57,767 bases of DNA, from the NCBI RefSeq assembly GCF_947039425.1, contig NZ_CAMQYW010000001.1:1-57767 (forward strand), in the 5' to 3' direction. Source of the DNA: an uncultured Cetobacterium sp. (GTDB lineage Bacteria; Fusobacteriota; Fusobacteriia; Fusobacteriales; Fusobacteriaceae). This document shows positions 28,931-41,118 of this stretch, piece by piece. Both the position numbers and the translations under genes were made by a program. Below the pieces are notes generated by a model. It was not told the DNA's origin and did no database searches. It saw nothing but the letters and a program-made list of their open reading frames with translations. Within the stretch, counting starts at the first letter, position 1. Each line of letters starts with the position of its first letter.

Positions 28931-29650
28931 ATGAAAAAAGTATCAAAAATAGTTATGGGGGTTTTAATATTTATATTATCAGTTTCTGCTTTTGGTAAAG
29001 GAAAAATATATGTGGGTACAAATGCAGAGTTTCCGCCATTTGAGTATTTACAAGATGGAAAAATTGTAGGGTTTGATATAGATTTAATTAATGCTATTGG
29101 GAAAGAAATAAATAAAGATATTGTTATAAAAGATATGGCTTTTGATGGTTTGATTCCAGCATTACAAATGAATAAAGTAGATATTGTTATTGCAGGAATG
29201 ACAGCTTCAGAAGACAGAAAAGCAGCAGTTAATTTTTCTTCTCCGTATTATGAAGCTAATCAAGTTATCATATTAAATGAAAATAATAAAGATATTAAAG
29301 GTTTTAAAGATCTTAATGGAAAGATTGTGGGAGTTGTTTTAGGATTTACAGGAGATTTAGTTATTAGTGAGATGAAGGATGTAAATAGTAAAAAATATAA
29401 TGCATCTTATGGAGCTATAATGGAACTTCAAAACAATAAAATTGATGCTGTAGTTTTAGATTCTCAAACAGCAATAAATTATGTTAAACATAATAAAGGA
29501 ATAAAATTATGTGATTCAAAAGGTGATTTAGAAGAGTATGCAATAGCAATAAGTAAAAATAATCCAAAATTATTATCTGAAATTAATAAGGCTATAGAAG
29601 AGTTAAAAAAGAATGGAACATATGATAAACTAATTGAAAAATATATGTAA
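28931..29650 (+). CDS. Amino-acid ABC substrate-binding protein (family 3, probably basic amino acids or Gln)
   Basis: Signal peptide; GTNAEFPPFEY, GFDIDL, FDGLIPAL, GMT...R. Confidence 0.92.
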   Translation: MKKVSKIVMGVLIFILSVSAFGKGKIYVGTNAEFPPFEYLQDGKIVGFDIDLINAIGKEINKDIVIKDMAFDGLIPALQMNKVDIVIAGMTASEDRKAAVNFSSPYYEANQVIILNENNKDIKGFKDLNGKIVGVVLGFTGDLVISEMKDVNSKKYNASYGAIMELQNNKIDAVVLDSQTAINYVKHNKGIKLCDSKGDLEEYAIAISKNNPKLLSEINKAIEELKKNGTYDKLIEKYM

Positions 29651-29652
29651 TT

Positions 29653-29686
29653 AAAAAGCCGAGTAAGGGGAATCACTCGGCTTTTT
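29653..29686. terminator. Bidirectional terminator
   Basis: AAAAAGCCGAGT-loop-ACTCGGCTTTTT. Confidence 0.8.
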
Positions 29687-31634
29687 AGACATTTTTATTA
29701 TAAAACAAAAGTGTCTCTAGTGGGGGGATTTTAATAAGGAAATCAGTAGAAAAATCAAGTGGAATGTTAAGGGGAGCATTCCATTGATAGATGTTTGATG
29801 CTATATTTTTACTGTATATAGGGAGAAAATCCTTTAAATTAAAAGAAAAATTTAAAATATTTTTATTAGATCTATTCCACATAACCAATATGAAGTTATT
29901 TTTATCTTTAGAGTATCTAAAATAAGCAAATATATCAATATGTGGAGAGAAAAATAAAACTTCTCCTTGAATTAAAAGACTATAATCACTTCTAAAAGAA
30001 GTTATTTTTTTATACCATTTTAAAAGATCTAAATCTTCATTTCCCCAAGGGTAAGTTCGTCTGTTATCAGGATCCTTATCACCCTCTAAACCGACTTCAT
30101 CACCATAATAAATAACGGGAACTCCAGGAAGAGTAAATTGAATAAGACTAAGACTTTTAAGAGTAATTTGTAATTTATCTTTATCTGTAGGAGAGGGAAG
30201 AATATCAATAACAGCAGTTTTTATTCTTTTAACATCATGACTACTTAAAAGATTAAATAAAGAAAAGTAATTTTCCTTAGGATAGTTTTCTTGTAAACTT
30301 TTCATAAACATACAAAGAGTGGAAGAATCAATTGAAAAATTTAAGAAATTTAAAAGGTACTCACGCAGTGGATAATTCATAACAGAATCTAATTGTAATC
30401 CACTAAAATATTCTTTTCTTTGATTATAGCTAAGTTTATTACTTGCATCTTCCCAAACTTCACCAATTAAAATGGATTCATCATTTAGTTCTTTACACTT
30501 ATATTTTAATTTTTCAATAAAATAACTGGGAAGTTCATCAGCAACATCCAATCTCCACCCCATAATTCCTTTAGATAACCAGTGATTGGTTACACTATCC
30601 TTTCCTTCAATAATAAAATCTAAAAAATTTGGATCTAATTCATTAACAGTTGGAAGATCGTCAATTCCCCACCAAGATTCATAAGAAGTTGGAAATTTTT
30701 TAAATTTATACCAAGAGTAATATGGTGATTTTTTAGAATTGTAAGCACCAATAGAGTCATATGTATTGTTTCTATTAAAGTAGATACTATCCTTTCCAGT
30801 ATGATTAAAAACTCCATCTAAAATAATATTTATATTTTCATTTTTACAATTTTTAATTAGATGATTAAAATCATTGTTACTTCCTAATATTGGATCAATA
30901 TTAAGATAATCACCAGTATCATATCGATGATTACTTGTTGCTTTAAAAATAGGATTTAGATAGATTAAATTAATATTTATAGATTTTAAATATGGAATTT
31001 TTTTTGAAATTCCATTTAAAGTTCCTCCAAAAAAATCCCAGCGTAGAATATTTTGATTTTCTCCGCGAATATATAAGGGTATATCATCCCAATGACCATA
31101 AATAAAAGAGTTTTTTTTAGGATTTTTTATACAATTGTTATAATTATCATTAAAAAATCTGTCAGGAAAAATTTGATAGGCAATGGAGTTTTTAAACCAA
31201 CTTGGAGTAAAAGAATCCTTATAATATGTAGTTATTTGAAATAATTTAGGATTATTAAAATAGATGTCTCCTATCCCACCGAGATTAAGATTATTATTGC
31301 CGTAAAAAAATTTGTTTTTACCATTTATTTCAAAATAATAAAATAGTAATTTTGGAAACTTTGGAGTGTTAAATTTAACACTCCAAATTTCATAATTCTT
31401 TGAAAGATCTGATCTTTTTAATGGTATTATTTTAATTTTTGAATTATTAATATTATTTTTATTATCTTTAATAAGAAAAAGATTAACACCTTTACATAGA
31501 ACAGATTTATGAATATGTATAGTTAGTGTGATCTGTTCATTACAAGGAACAGCACCAAATGGATTTTTAAATTCTAAGTTTTGAGAGTCAAATAACACAA
31601 GATTATTTGAAGGAGAATATGAGATTTTCTTCAT
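29685..31634 (-). CDS. GH13 neopullulanase/amylopullulanase-type enzyme
   Basis: YQIFPDRF, DGVFNH, GWRLDVADE, GEVWED, SSHD, YYGDE. Confidence 0.9.
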   Translation of the reverse strand: MKKISYSPSNNLVLFDSQNLEFKNPFGAVPCNEQITLTIHIHKSVLCKGVNLFLIKDNKNNINNSKIKIIPLKRSDLSKNYEIWSVKFNTPKFPKLLFYYFEINGKNKFFYGNNNLNLGGIGDIYFNNPKLFQITTYYKDSFTPSWFKNSIAYQIFPDRFFNDNYNNCIKNPKKNSFIYGHWDDIPLYIRGENQNILRWDFFGGTLNGISKKIPYLKSININLIYLNPIFKATSNHRYDTGDYLNIDPILGSNNDFNHLIKNCKNENINIILDGVFNHTGKDSIYFNRNNTYDSIGAYNSKKSPYYSWYKFKKFPTSYESWWGIDDLPTVNELDPNFLDFIIEGKDSVTNHWLSKGIMGWRLDVADELPSYFIEKLKYKCKELNDESILIGEVWEDASNKLSYNQRKEYFSGLQLDSVMNYPLREYLLNFLNFSIDSSTLCMFMKSLQENYPKENYFSLFNLLSSHDVKRIKTAVIDILPSPTDKDKLQITLKSLSLIQFTLPGVPVIYYGDEVGLEGDKDPDNRRTYPWGNEDLDLLKWYKKITSFRSDYSLLIQGEVLFFSPHIDIFAYFRYSKDKNNFILVMWNRSNKNILNFSFNLKDFLPIYSKNIASNIYQWNAPLNIPLDFSTDFLIKIPPLETLLFYNKNV

Positions 31635-31643
31635 AATATTCTC

Positions 31644-34076
31644 TTAACACTCAGTTTTAGTTTCGCAAATATGCCAAATATCTTTTGCATATTCTCGAAT
31701 ACTATTATCTGATGAGAATTTTCCTGAATGAGCAATGTTTATAAGGGCCATTTGAAGCCATTTTTTCTTGTTTTCATAAAGAGAATTAATTTTTTCTTGT
31801 GCTTCAACATAAGCTGGGAAATCTTTAAAAACAAAATAATTATCTTTTTCATTGTACAGATGATCTAAAATTTCTTTGAATTCATCTACATTATTAGAGA
31901 AAGTGCCATTATGTAATTGTTCTAAAATTTCTTTTAATTCAGGAAAGTTATTAAGAGATTCTTCATAGTTATAATTATTCTTTGAGTAGTACTCAATAAC
32001 TTCTTCTGATGTTAATCCAAAAATAATAATATTATCTTTTCCAACTTCTTCAGCTATTTCAATATTAGCTCCATCAAGAGTTGCCAGAGTAATAGCTCCA
32101 TTCATCATAAATTTCATATTTCCAGTACCAGAAGCTTCTTTCGAAGCTGTAGATATTTGCTCACTAACATCTCCCGCAGGAATGATTAGTTCAGCAATAC
32201 TTACATTGTAATTTTCTAAAAAAACAACTTTTATTTTATTCTGAATAGAATCATCGTTATTAATAACATGGGCAACAGAATTAATTAATTTTATAATATT
32301 TTTAGCTAAATAGTATCCAGGAGCAGCTTTTGCTCCAAAGAAAAATGTTCTTGGTACTATATCAAGTTCAGGATTCTTTTTTAATCTGTTATAAAGATAT
32401 ATTATATGAAAAATATTTAATAATTGTCTTTTGTAAGCATGTAATCTTTTTATTTGGACATCGAAAATAGAATATGGATTTAATTCAATATTTTGATGTT
32501 TTTTTACATACTCAATAACTCTTTTTTTATTTAAAAGTTTAATAGTATCTATTTCATTTAAAGTATTATCATCATTAACATATTTTAAAAGATCAATAAA
32601 TCGACTAGTACAAGATAAGCAATCTGCTCCAATTTTTTCTTTAATTAGTTTAGTTAAAGCTGGATTTGCATTTTTTAACCATCTTCTATGAGTTATTCCA
32701 TTTGTTTTGTTATTAAACTTATTAGGAAACATAAGATAGAAATCGTGAAGTTCTTTTTTCTTTAAAATTTCAGTATGTAGTTTAGCAACACCATTAATAG
32801 AATGAGAACCCACAATAGCAAGATTAGCCATTCTAACTTCTCCGTTATGAATAATTCTCATAATATTAATTTTATTAGGATTATCAGGGTATCTCTTTTT
32901 AATTTCTTCAATAAATCGATTATCAATTTCTTGAATGATCATAAGGATTCTAGGCAAAGTTTTTTTAAACATATCATATGGCCATTTTTCAAGTGCTTCA
33001 GCTAAAATTGTATGGTTAGTATATGCTAATGTTTTAGTAGTTATATTCCAAGCTAAATCCCACTCTATTTTTAAGTCATCTAATAAAATTCTCATAAGTT
33101 CTCCAACAGCAACAGCAGGATGAGTATCATTTATATGTATAGCTACAAAATCTGCTAATTTGCAAATAGGTTCATTGAGTTTTTTATAAGATCGAATAAT
33201 ACTTTGAATACCTGCACTTACAAAAAAGTATTCTTGTTTCAGCCTAAGAAGTTTACCTTCATAACTAGAATCATCAGGGTATAAAACTTGAGATATAGCT
33301 TCAACATCAAATTTTTTATCAAGATGTTTTTGATATTCACCTTTTTTTAATTCGTATAATTGAAAATCCTCTTGAGGAAGTTCAGCACTAAAAAGTCTAA
33401 GAGTGTTAACTTGATTATTTTCTGAACCAACTAAAGGAATATCATATGGAACAGCTAGTATTTTCTCATCATTAACATATTCTGGTTTTAATCCAGTTGG
33501 AGTTTCTCTTAAAATAACATTTCCACCAAATCTAACTAGAACACTTTTTTCAGGTTTTTTAATTTCCCAAATAAAATCTTTTTCTAGCCATGTATTTAAA
33601 ATCTCTTTTTGATAACCATCGTCAATAACTTGTTTAAATAAACCGTGTTTGTAACGAATTCCACAACCATGACCAGGCAGAGAAAGAGTAGCTAAAGAAT
33701 CCATAAAACAAGCGGCAAGTCTTCCTAGGCCACCATTACCAAGAGCAGCATCGTCTTCAAGCTCTAATAGTGAATCTAAATCAATATTTAATTCTTTTAA
33801 AGAGTTTTTAGCAACATCTCTTAAACCAAGATTTAAAAGATATGTATTTAATAATTTTCCAATAAGAAATTCCATAGAGAAATAATAAACTTGTTTTGCT
33901 TTTTTTTGACTATAAGTATGGTTAGTAGCAGCCCATGATTCACTTATATAGTCTTTAATAAGTTTTCCAAGAGCAAAATATTTTTGAGTTAAAGATGCTT
34001 CTTCTGCAGTTACTGCAAAAGTAAAAGTGAGTCTTTTTAAATAATCTTCTTTAAATTTTCTTTTACTAATATTCAC
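31644..34076 (-). CDS. glgP: Glycogen phosphorylase
   Basis: LGNGGLGRLAACF, RLKQEYF, INDTHP, EASGTGNMK. Confidence 0.97.
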   Translation of the reverse strand: MNISKRKFKEDYLKRLTFTFAVTAEEASLTQKYFALGKLIKDYISESWAATNHTYSQKKAKQVYYFSMEFLIGKLLNTYLLNLGLRDVAKNSLKELNIDLDSLLELEDDAALGNGGLGRLAACFMDSLATLSLPGHGCGIRYKHGLFKQVIDDGYQKEILNTWLEKDFIWEIKKPEKSVLVRFGGNVILRETPTGLKPEYVNDEKILAVPYDIPLVGSENNQVNTLRLFSAELPQEDFQLYELKKGEYQKHLDKKFDVEAISQVLYPDDSSYEGKLLRLKQEYFFVSAGIQSIIRSYKKLNEPICKLADFVAIHINDTHPAVAVGELMRILLDDLKIEWDLAWNITTKTLAYTNHTILAEALEKWPYDMFKKTLPRILMIIQEIDNRFIEEIKKRYPDNPNKINIMRIIHNGEVRMANLAIVGSHSINGVAKLHTEILKKKELHDFYLMFPNKFNNKTNGITHRRWLKNANPALTKLIKEKIGADCLSCTSRFIDLLKYVNDDNTLNEIDTIKLLNKKRVIEYVKKHQNIELNPYSIFDVQIKRLHAYKRQLLNIFHIIYLYNRLKKNPELDIVPRTFFFGAKAAPGYYLAKNIIKLINSVAHVINNDDSIQNKIKVVFLENYNVSIAELIIPAGDVSEQISTASKEASGTGNMKFMMNGAITLATLDGANIEIAEEVGKDNIIIFGLTSEEVIEYYSKNNYNYEESLNNFPELKEILEQLHNGTFSNNVDEFKEILDHLYNEKDNYFVFKDFPAYVEAQEKINSLYENKKKWLQMALINIAHSGKFSSDNSIREYAKDIWHICETKTEC

Positions 34077-34085
34077 AATGACCTC

Positions 34086-35528
34086 CTAAATTAAAGATGA
34101 ATAAAGAGACTTGTATTTTTTTGCTGATTCATTCCAATTGCAGTTAAATCTCATACAAGATTTTATTAAAATATTCCATGATTTTTTATCAGTGTAATAT
34201 AGATTATATGCATTTTCAATAGAACTAAGCATGTCATGTGCATTATAACTATGGAAAGTAAAGCCATTTCCTTTTTTAGTAGTTTTATCAAAGGGGAAAA
34301 CAGTATCTTTAAGGCCTCCTACACTTCTTACTAAAGGAACAGTACCATAACGCATAGCTATTAATTGACCTATACCACAAGGTTCAAAAAGTGATGGCAT
34401 TAAAAAAAGATCACATCCAGCATAAATTTCTTTAGCTAGAGAACTACTAAAGGTAATATTAGCAGAAAGTTTATCTGGATAAATTTGAGAGTAATAGGAA
34501 AAAAGATCTTCATATTGTAAGTCTCCACTTCCAAGTATAATGAATTGAATATTTAAATTTAATATTTCATCAAGAACTCTTTTTATTAAATCAAGTCCTT
34601 TTTGGCTAACTAATCGAGAAACTAAACCAATAACAAAGACATTTTCATTAATAGGAAGGTTTAATTTCTTTTGTAATGAAGTTTTGTTTTTAACCTTTTC
34701 TAAATAGTTTGTAATTCCATATGTATTAGAAATGTAAGAGTCATTTCTTGGGTTATATAAAGAATAATCTATCCCATTTATAATCCCAAATATTTTATCT
34801 TTTAAATGATAAATTAATCCATCTAGATTTTCTCCAAAAAAAGGATACATAATTTCTTTAGCATAAGAATCACTTACTGTAGTAATAATATCTGAATAGT
34901 TTAATCCTCCTTTCATAAATGAAATGTTATCATAAAATTTTAGTTTATCTTCTGAAAAATAGCTGTTATTTAAACCTAAAAGATCTTGTAAAACAGTTGG
35001 ATTAAAAACTCCTTGATATTTTAAGTTATGTATAGTAAAAATTGTTTTAATATTTTTATATAAATTTAAATGAGAATAAAACTCTTTTAGGAGAACAGGA
35101 ATTATAGCAGTATGCCAATCATTACAGTGTAAAATATTAGGTTTGAAATTTGGGATATATTTTATTGATTCCAATGTTGCTCTAGAAAAAAAAGAAAATA
35201 TTTCACCGTCGTCATAGTTTCCGTAAGGAATATGTCTTTTAAAATAATACTCATTATCAATAAAATAAAAATCTATATTATTATATTTAAGATAAAATAA
35301 AGATGCTTTTTGATCTCTCCAACCAACAGGGACAGAAAAAGAACTAACAAATTTCATCTCTTTTTTAAATTTATTTTTTATAGTTCCATGATTAGGAAGA
35401 ATGACTTTTATATTTACACCTATTTTTTTTAATGCTTTAGGTAAAGCATAGGATACATCTCCTAATCCACCAACTTTTATAAAAGGATCAGATTCTGATG
35501 TAATAAAAAGTATGTTAATAGCAGACAT
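34086..35528 (-). CDS. glgA: Glycogen synthase
   Basis: KVGGLGDV, HCNDWHT, TIHNL, PSLFEPCG. Confidence 0.96.
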   Translation of the reverse strand: MSAINILFITSESDPFIKVGGLGDVSYALPKALKKIGVNIKVILPNHGTIKNKFKKEMKFVSSFSVPVGWRDQKASLFYLKYNNIDFYFIDNEYYFKRHIPYGNYDDGEIFSFFSRATLESIKYIPNFKPNILHCNDWHTAIIPVLLKEFYSHLNLYKNIKTIFTIHNLKYQGVFNPTVLQDLLGLNNSYFSEDKLKFYDNISFMKGGLNYSDIITTVSDSYAKEIMYPFFGENLDGLIYHLKDKIFGIINGIDYSLYNPRNDSYISNTYGITNYLEKVKNKTSLQKKLNLPINENVFVIGLVSRLVSQKGLDLIKRVLDEILNLNIQFIILGSGDLQYEDLFSYYSQIYPDKLSANITFSSSLAKEIYAGCDLFLMPSLFEPCGIGQLIAMRYGTVPLVRSVGGLKDTVFPFDKTTKKGNGFTFHSYNAHDMLSSIENAYNLYYTDKKSWNILIKSCMRFNCNWNESAKKYKSLYSSLI

Positions 35529-35539
35529 AAAATAACCTC

Positions 35540-36631
35540 CTATAAAGAAAATTTCTTTTGTATAACAATGGGATAAAAAGGATTTCCTTCTATTTCAGTT
35601 CCATTTTCTACACTAACATTTTTATCAATAATTAAATTCTTTAGTTTTGCACCTGATTTAATAGTACAATTTTGTAAAATAATAGAATTTTCAACATGAG
35701 CATCTTCTTCAATAGTGACATATCTTCCAAGAACACTATTAATAACAGTTCCTTTAATAGAGCATTCATTTGATATAATAGAATTTTTAACATGTGATTT
35801 ATTATAGTAATGGGTAGGAATCGAATCTTTTATTTTACTATAAATTGGTCGATATTCATTGAAAAAGATTTCTTGAAGAATAGAGCTATTAATCATTTCT
35901 AAATTTATTTTGAAATAATTTCCTAAAGAATTCAAACAAGAAAGATAGGTCTTATGCTCAAAACCTTTAATTTTTAAGTTGTATTTGCTTTTATAAATAA
36001 TCTCTTTCAGTGGTAAGGTACAATTTTCATGTGGTTGAATAAGAGAAAGAAGTAAATCTTTTTTTAAAATAAAAATTTCTAAAGAGATATTTTGATCTTT
36101 TTTTTGATTGAAATTACACTGTACTTTTGTTAGAGTATTTAGCTCGTTAAACTCTAAAAGATCACAATTAATAAAATTAGAAGTATCATTTGTTTTTTTA
36201 TAAATGACAGTTATATCACTTTTAGAAGACTCATGAAAGGTAGTTGCAGCTTTTAAATCAATATTTGCAAGCATATAAGTTGGTGAAATAATAACAGTTT
36301 CCCCATGTTGTCTATATAAAAAATCAATATTTTCATTTAAGAGTTGGGTATCACAAAGAGCATCACTACTATTGATAAAAAGTCCTCCATTTTTTCTATT
36401 TAATCCCCAAGATTTTCCCATTTCAACATGATTTCTAAGAGAGCGACAATTCTTTTCAGCTAAAATACTTATATTCTTAATTCCAGAATTAATAAAATTA
36501 GATAAAGGAAAATCAATAGCTTTATATTTTCCAGCAATAGAAACTGTAGATAACCCTCTATGAGAAGTTAAATTTTTAAGAAGATCTCTATTTTCAAAGG
36601 CAGTTATAATTCCAATATGATTATTAAGCAT
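35540..36631 (-). CDS. glgD: ADP-glucose pyrophosphorylase accessory subunit
   Basis: GlgC-like but lacking the LAGG motif; C-terminal beta-helix; position after glgC. Confidence 0.9.
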   Translation of the reverse strand: MLNNHIGIITAFENRDLLKNLTSHRGLSTVSIAGKYKAIDFPLSNFINSGIKNISILAEKNCRSLRNHVEMGKSWGLNRKNGGLFINSSDALCDTQLLNENIDFLYRQHGETVIISPTYMLANIDLKAATTFHESSKSDITVIYKKTNDTSNFINCDLLEFNELNTLTKVQCNFNQKKDQNISLEIFILKKDLLLSLIQPHENCTLPLKEIIYKSKYNLKIKGFEHKTYLSCLNSLGNYFKINLEMINSSILQEIFFNEYRPIYSKIKDSIPTHYYNKSHVKNSIISNECSIKGTVINSVLGRYVTIEEDAHVENSIILQNCTIKSGAKLKNLIIDKNVSVENGTEIEGNPFYPIVIQKKFSL

Positions 36632-37749
36632 TAATTATCCTCCTCTTTTATAAGTAAAATTTCATTGGAACTTTTAATAATTTTTGATTTTTTAATAATA
36701 GTTTTTTCACCCACAATAATTCTATCAATTTGGGCATCTTTTTCTATAATAGATTTATCCAAGAGAACTGAATTTTTAACACTTGCACCCTCTTCAACAA
36801 TGACACCAGAAAATAAAACTGAATTAATAACCTCTCCCCGAATAATGCATCCTTCTGAAATTATAGAATTTTTAATATTGGCATTTCCTTCAATAATATG
36901 ACCAGGTTTGTTTGTTGGTTGAGAATATATTCTCCAATTTTTATCAAATAAATTCATCTGGTTTTTATTGTTTAGAAGATCCATATTTGCAGACCAGAGA
37001 CTATCAATAGTTCCGACATCTTTCCAATATCCAGAAAATTTATATGTCATTAATTTATATTTTTCTTTAATCATTTTTGGAATAATATTTTTTCCAAAAT
37101 CTTTAGATGAAGTAGAATCTAAATTATCTTCTTTAAGAACTTTTTTTAAAGTGCTCCAATTAAAAATATAGATTCCCATGCTAGCCAAAGTATTTTTAGG
37201 ATTATTTGGTTTTTCTTCAAACTCAAATATTTCTCCAGAAGAAAGAGTGTTCATTATTCCAAAACGAGATGCTTCTGAAATATCAACATCAATAACGGCA
37301 ACAGTTCCTTGAGCCTCTGTATTAATATGATGTTGCAACATTTTATTGTAATCCATCTTATAAATATGATCTCCAGATAAAATTAAAACATATTCAGGAC
37401 TATACATATTTAAAAATTCAAAGTTTTGAAAGATTGCATCAGCAGTTCCTTTATACCAACAAGTTTCATTTTCTGTAGCATATGGAGGAAGAATACTAAC
37501 ACCACCATCATCAATATCAAGATCCCATGAACTACCAATACCTATATATCTATTTAAAATAAAAGGTTTATATTGCACAACAACACCAACAGTATCAATA
37601 CCAGAATTAATACAATTAGATAAGGGGAAGTCAATAATTCTATATTTTCCACCAAAAGGAACTGCAGGTTTAGCTACATGTTTAGTTAATAACTTAAGAC
37701 GACTACCTTGGCCACCGGCAAGAATCATAGCGATCATTTTTTTGTTCAT
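36631..37749 (-). CDS. glgC: Glucose-1-phosphate adenylyltransferase
   Basis: [43 protein letters not shown]. Confidence 0.97.
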   Translation of the reverse strand: MNKKMIAMILAGGQGSRLKLLTKHVAKPAVPFGGKYRIIDFPLSNCINSGIDTVGVVVQYKPFILNRYIGIGSSWDLDIDDGGVSILPPYATENETCWYKGTADAIFQNFEFLNMYSPEYVLILSGDHIYKMDYNKMLQHHINTEAQGTVAVIDVDISEASRFGIMNTLSSGEIFEFEEKPNNPKNTLASMGIYIFNWSTLKKVLKEDNLDSTSSKDFGKNIIPKMIKEKYKLMTYKFSGYWKDVGTIDSLWSANMDLLNNKNQMNLFDKNWRIYSQPTNKPGHIIEGNANIKNSIISEGCIIRGEVINSVLFSGVIVEEGASVKNSVLLDKSIIEKDAQIDRIIVGEKTIIKKSKIIKSSNEILLIKEEDN

Positions 37750-37750
37750 T

Positions 37751-39625
37751 TTACTCCTCCTTTAAGAAAATAGGTTTGAAAAAAATTGTAGATAGAGGTG
37801 CAACGTTTATTGAAATTGAAAATGGTTGATTATCAATTTCTTTATTTAAAGGAAGAATAATCTCATTGTTTAAGCAATTATTCCCACCATAAATATCTTT
37901 ATCACTATTGAAAACTTCAATATATTTAGTCATTCTAGGAATTCCAATGCAATGGTTAACATATTGATTAGTAGTAAAGTTACAAACAATAATTAAAAAA
38001 TTGTTTTTATGTTCTCCTTTTCTAATGAAAGTTATAACTTTATTTTTGTGAGCTTGATGATTGATCCATTGGAATCCCTCTGATGAAAAATCATTTTCCC
38101 ATAGAGCTGATTCGTTTTTATAAAATAAATTAAGGTGAGATAAATATGTTTTGATAGAGTCATGTTGAGGAAATTTTAAAAGTTTCCATTCTAACTCTTC
38201 ATAAAATCTCCACTCAACAAATTGTCCAATTTCTCCCCCCATAAAAATCAATTTTTTTCCAGGATGAGCAAACATAAAACCATAAAACATTCTTAATGAA
38301 TCAAATTTTTCAATATATGTTCCGTACATTTTATCTAAGAGAGATTTTTTTTCGTGAACAACTTCATCATGAGATAAAGGAAGTATAAAATTTTCGTTAA
38401 ATGAATACATAAGTGAAAAAGTTAATAAATTAGATGAGTTTACTTTGTCTTTAGGACTTAGAGACATATATTTTAAAATGTCATTCATCCAACCCATATT
38501 CCATTTGAAATTAAAACCGAGCCCTCCCATATAAGTTGGTTTTGTAACAGATGGCCAAGAAGTAGCTTCTTCAGCAATAATTAAAGGGGTGGAATATCGT
38601 TTGAAAATAGCTTCGTTCATTTCTTTTAAAAAATTAATAGCATCTAGATTAGTATCACTTCCTAATTCATTTGTTAGTCCTGTTTTTTCTTTTTCATATT
38701 CTAAATATATTAAATTAGAAACAGCATCAACTCGAACACCATCTATATGAAAAGTTTCAAATAAAAAAATTAGATTTGAAATTAAAAAGTTCTTAACAAA
38801 ATTATTTTTTAGATTAAAATTTGCAGTTCCCCAAAGAGGATTTTCTTTTAAAGTATTATTTGTATATTCAAATAATGGTTTTCCATCAAAATGATAAAGG
38901 CCATGAGAATCTTTACAAAAATGTCCAGGGACCCAATCTAAAATAACGCCTATTTCTGCTAAATGTAATTCATTAATGAGATATTTAAAATCTTGAGGAG
39001 AACCATAGCGGCTTGTAATTGAAAAATAACTAACTCCTTGATAGCCCCAAGAATCATCAAGAGGATGTTCAGTCAATGGCAAAAATTCAACATGAGTAAA
39101 ATTTAATTCTAATAAATATGGAATTAAAAATTTTGCAATCTCTCTATAGTTTAAAAAACAAGTATCATTTTTTTTCCAAGATCCTAGATGTATTTCATAA
39201 ATGGATATTGGAGATTTATAGATGTTTCTAAGCTCTCTTTTTTTTATCCATTTGTCATCGCTCCATAAAAAATCATTGAAAATATCATAAACAATTGATG
39301 AGGTATGCGGTCTTATTTGTGAAAAAAATGCAAAAGGATCACTTTTTATAATCAATTGATTTTCTTTTGTTAAAATTTTATATTTGTATATTTCTCCTTG
39401 TAAGATATTAGGAATAAAAAGAGACCAGATTCCTTGAGCAGAAATCCGGGTCATTGGATTTTTATCAAAATTCCAGTGGTTAAAATTCCCTACAACTGAT
39501 ACTTTTTTAGCATTTGGAGCAAATACGGTAAATTGAGTTCCCACAATTTCTTTTTTTATTTTTATATGTGCTCCAAAAATAGTATGAAGATTATAATTTG
39601 AAATGTTTAAGTTAAGATTTTCCAT
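37751..39625 (-). CDS. glgB: 1,4-alpha-glucan branching enzyme
   Basis: [37 protein letters not shown]. Confidence 0.96.
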   Translation of the reverse strand: MENLNLNISNYNLHTIFGAHIKIKKEIVGTQFTVFAPNAKKVSVVGNFNHWNFDKNPMTRISAQGIWSLFIPNILQGEIYKYKILTKENQLIIKSDPFAFFSQIRPHTSSIVYDIFNDFLWSDDKWIKKRELRNIYKSPISIYEIHLGSWKKNDTCFLNYREIAKFLIPYLLELNFTHVEFLPLTEHPLDDSWGYQGVSYFSITSRYGSPQDFKYLINELHLAEIGVILDWVPGHFCKDSHGLYHFDGKPLFEYTNNTLKENPLWGTANFNLKNNFVKNFLISNLIFLFETFHIDGVRVDAVSNLIYLEYEKEKTGLTNELGSDTNLDAINFLKEMNEAIFKRYSTPLIIAEEATSWPSVTKPTYMGGLGFNFKWNMGWMNDILKYMSLSPKDKVNSSNLLTFSLMYSFNENFILPLSHDEVVHEKKSLLDKMYGTYIEKFDSLRMFYGFMFAHPGKKLIFMGGEIGQFVEWRFYEELEWKLLKFPQHDSIKTYLSHLNLFYKNESALWENDFSSEGFQWINHQAHKNKVITFIRKGEHKNNFLIIVCNFTTNQYVNHCIGIPRMTKYIEVFNSDKDIYGGNNCLNNEIILPLNKEIDNQPFSISINVAPLSTIFFKPIFLKEE

Positions 39626-39765
39626 AAAAAAAGGCCCCCTTCTTTTTTTATTTTTAGTTAAAAAGATAATACAAACTTTTCAATAATAATCCTTTTCTAC
39701 CTAAATATTTATTTATTTATTTTTAATTATCCAAAGTGTTATATAACGGTTATTGAAATAAATGT

Positions 39766-39793
39766 TTGCATTTTGGAGTAAATATTATATAAT
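39766..39793 (+). promoter_or_regulatory. Probable megL promoter
   Basis: TTGCAT-16-TATAAT. Confidence 0.5.
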
Positions 39794-39860
39794 CAGAACA
39801 TAAAGAAAGTGAAAAATATTTCGAAAAAATAAATTTTAATTAAATGTAGGAGGAATAAAA

Positions 39861-41051
39861 ATGAACAACGAAAAGAAAAATGGTTTTGGAACTGTAGCTA
39901 TTCATGGTGGAAGTGAAAAAAATCCTTTTGGAACTTTATGCACACCGATTTATCAAACTTCAACATTTGTTTTTGATTCAGCGGAGCAAGGAGGAAGAAG
40001 ATTTGCTCTAGAAGAAGATGGATTTATTTATTCAAGATTAGCAAATCCTACAACTATGGTAGTAGAGAAAAAAATAGCTCTATTAGAAGAGGGAGAAGCA
40101 GGATTAGCAACAGCATCAGGAATGGGAGCAATCTCTTCAACTATGTGGACATTACTAAAAGCAGGAGATCATATAATTTCTGATACAACTTTATATGGAT
40201 GTACATTTGCATTACTTAGTCATGGTCTTACAAAGTTTGGAATTGAAATAGATTTTGTAGATACATCAAATATTGAAGCTGTAAAAGCTGCAATGAAACC
40301 AAATACAAGAATTGTTTACTTAGAAACACCAGCAAACCCTAACCTAAAAATAGTAGATATTAAAAAGGTTGCAGAGGTAGCTCATACAAATCCAAATACT
40401 GTAGTAGTAGTAGATAATACATTTGCGACACCTTATTGTCAAAAGCCATTAACACTTGGAGCTGACATAGTTGTTCATTCAGCAACTAAATACTTAAATG
40501 GACATGGAGATGTAATTGCAGGTTTTGTAGTAGGACCAATGGATATAATAACTCAAATTAGATTAGTTGGAGTTAAAGATATGACAGGTTCTGTATTGAG
40601 TCCAATGGATGCATATTTAATAATAAGAGGAATGAAAACATTAGAAATTAGAATGGAAAGACACTGTGCAAATGCTAAAAAAGTAGCAGAATTCTTAAAT
40701 GCACATGACAAAATAGAAACTGTATATTATCCAGGACTTGCAACTCACCCAGGACATGATATAGCTAAGAAGCAAATGAAAGCTTTTGGAGGAATCTTCG
40801 CTTTTGAACTAAAAGGTGGAATGGAATCTGGAAAAACTTTACTAAATAACTTAGAATTATGTTCTTTAGCAGTATCATTAGGAGATACAGAAACATTAAT
40901 TCAACACCCAGCATCAATGACTCACTCACCATACTCAAGAGAAGAGAGATTAAAAGCAGGAATAACAGATGGATTAGTAAGAATTTCTGTAGGACTAGAG
41001 GATGCAGAAGATATAATTGATGACCTAAGAAAAGGGTTAGAATTAGCATAA
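39861..41051 (+). CDS. megL: Methionine gamma-lyase
   Basis: [20 protein letters not shown] (MGL-typical Cys), [25 protein letters not shown]. Confidence 0.93.
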   Translation: MNNEKKNGFGTVAIHGGSEKNPFGTLCTPIYQTSTFVFDSAEQGGRRFALEEDGFIYSRLANPTTMVVEKKIALLEEGEAGLATASGMGAISSTMWTLLKAGDHIISDTTLYGCTFALLSHGLTKFGIEIDFVDTSNIEAVKAAMKPNTRIVYLETPANPNLKIVDIKKVAEVAHTNPNTVVVVDNTFATPYCQKPLTLGADIVVHSATKYLNGHGDVIAGFVVGPMDIITQIRLVGVKDMTGSVLSPMDAYLIIRGMKTLEIRMERHCANAKKVAEFLNAHDKIETVYYPGLATHPGHDIAKKQMKAFGGIFAFELKGGMESGKTLLNNLELCSLAVSLGDTETLIQHPASMTHSPYSREERLKAGITDGLVRISVGLEDAEDIIDDLRKGLELA

Positions 41052-41063
41052 CACTTAATATCC

Positions 41064-41095
41064 AAAAGACTGCCTTTATAAGCAGTCTTTTTTTT
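41064..41095 (+). terminator. Terminator after megL
   Basis: AAAAGACTGC-loop-GCAGTCTTTTTTTT. Confidence 0.78.
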
Positions 41096-41118
41096 ATAAA
41101 AATTACTCAGGAGGAAAT

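Noticed and set aside
29685-39625. glg operon as a horizontally acquired island
   Set aside because: Standard glgBCDAP order, no mobility genes; compositional difference is compatible with strand bias
39794-39860. SAM riboswitch upstream of megL or the NhaC gene
   Set aside because: Leaders are short and AT-rich with no SAM-I consensus
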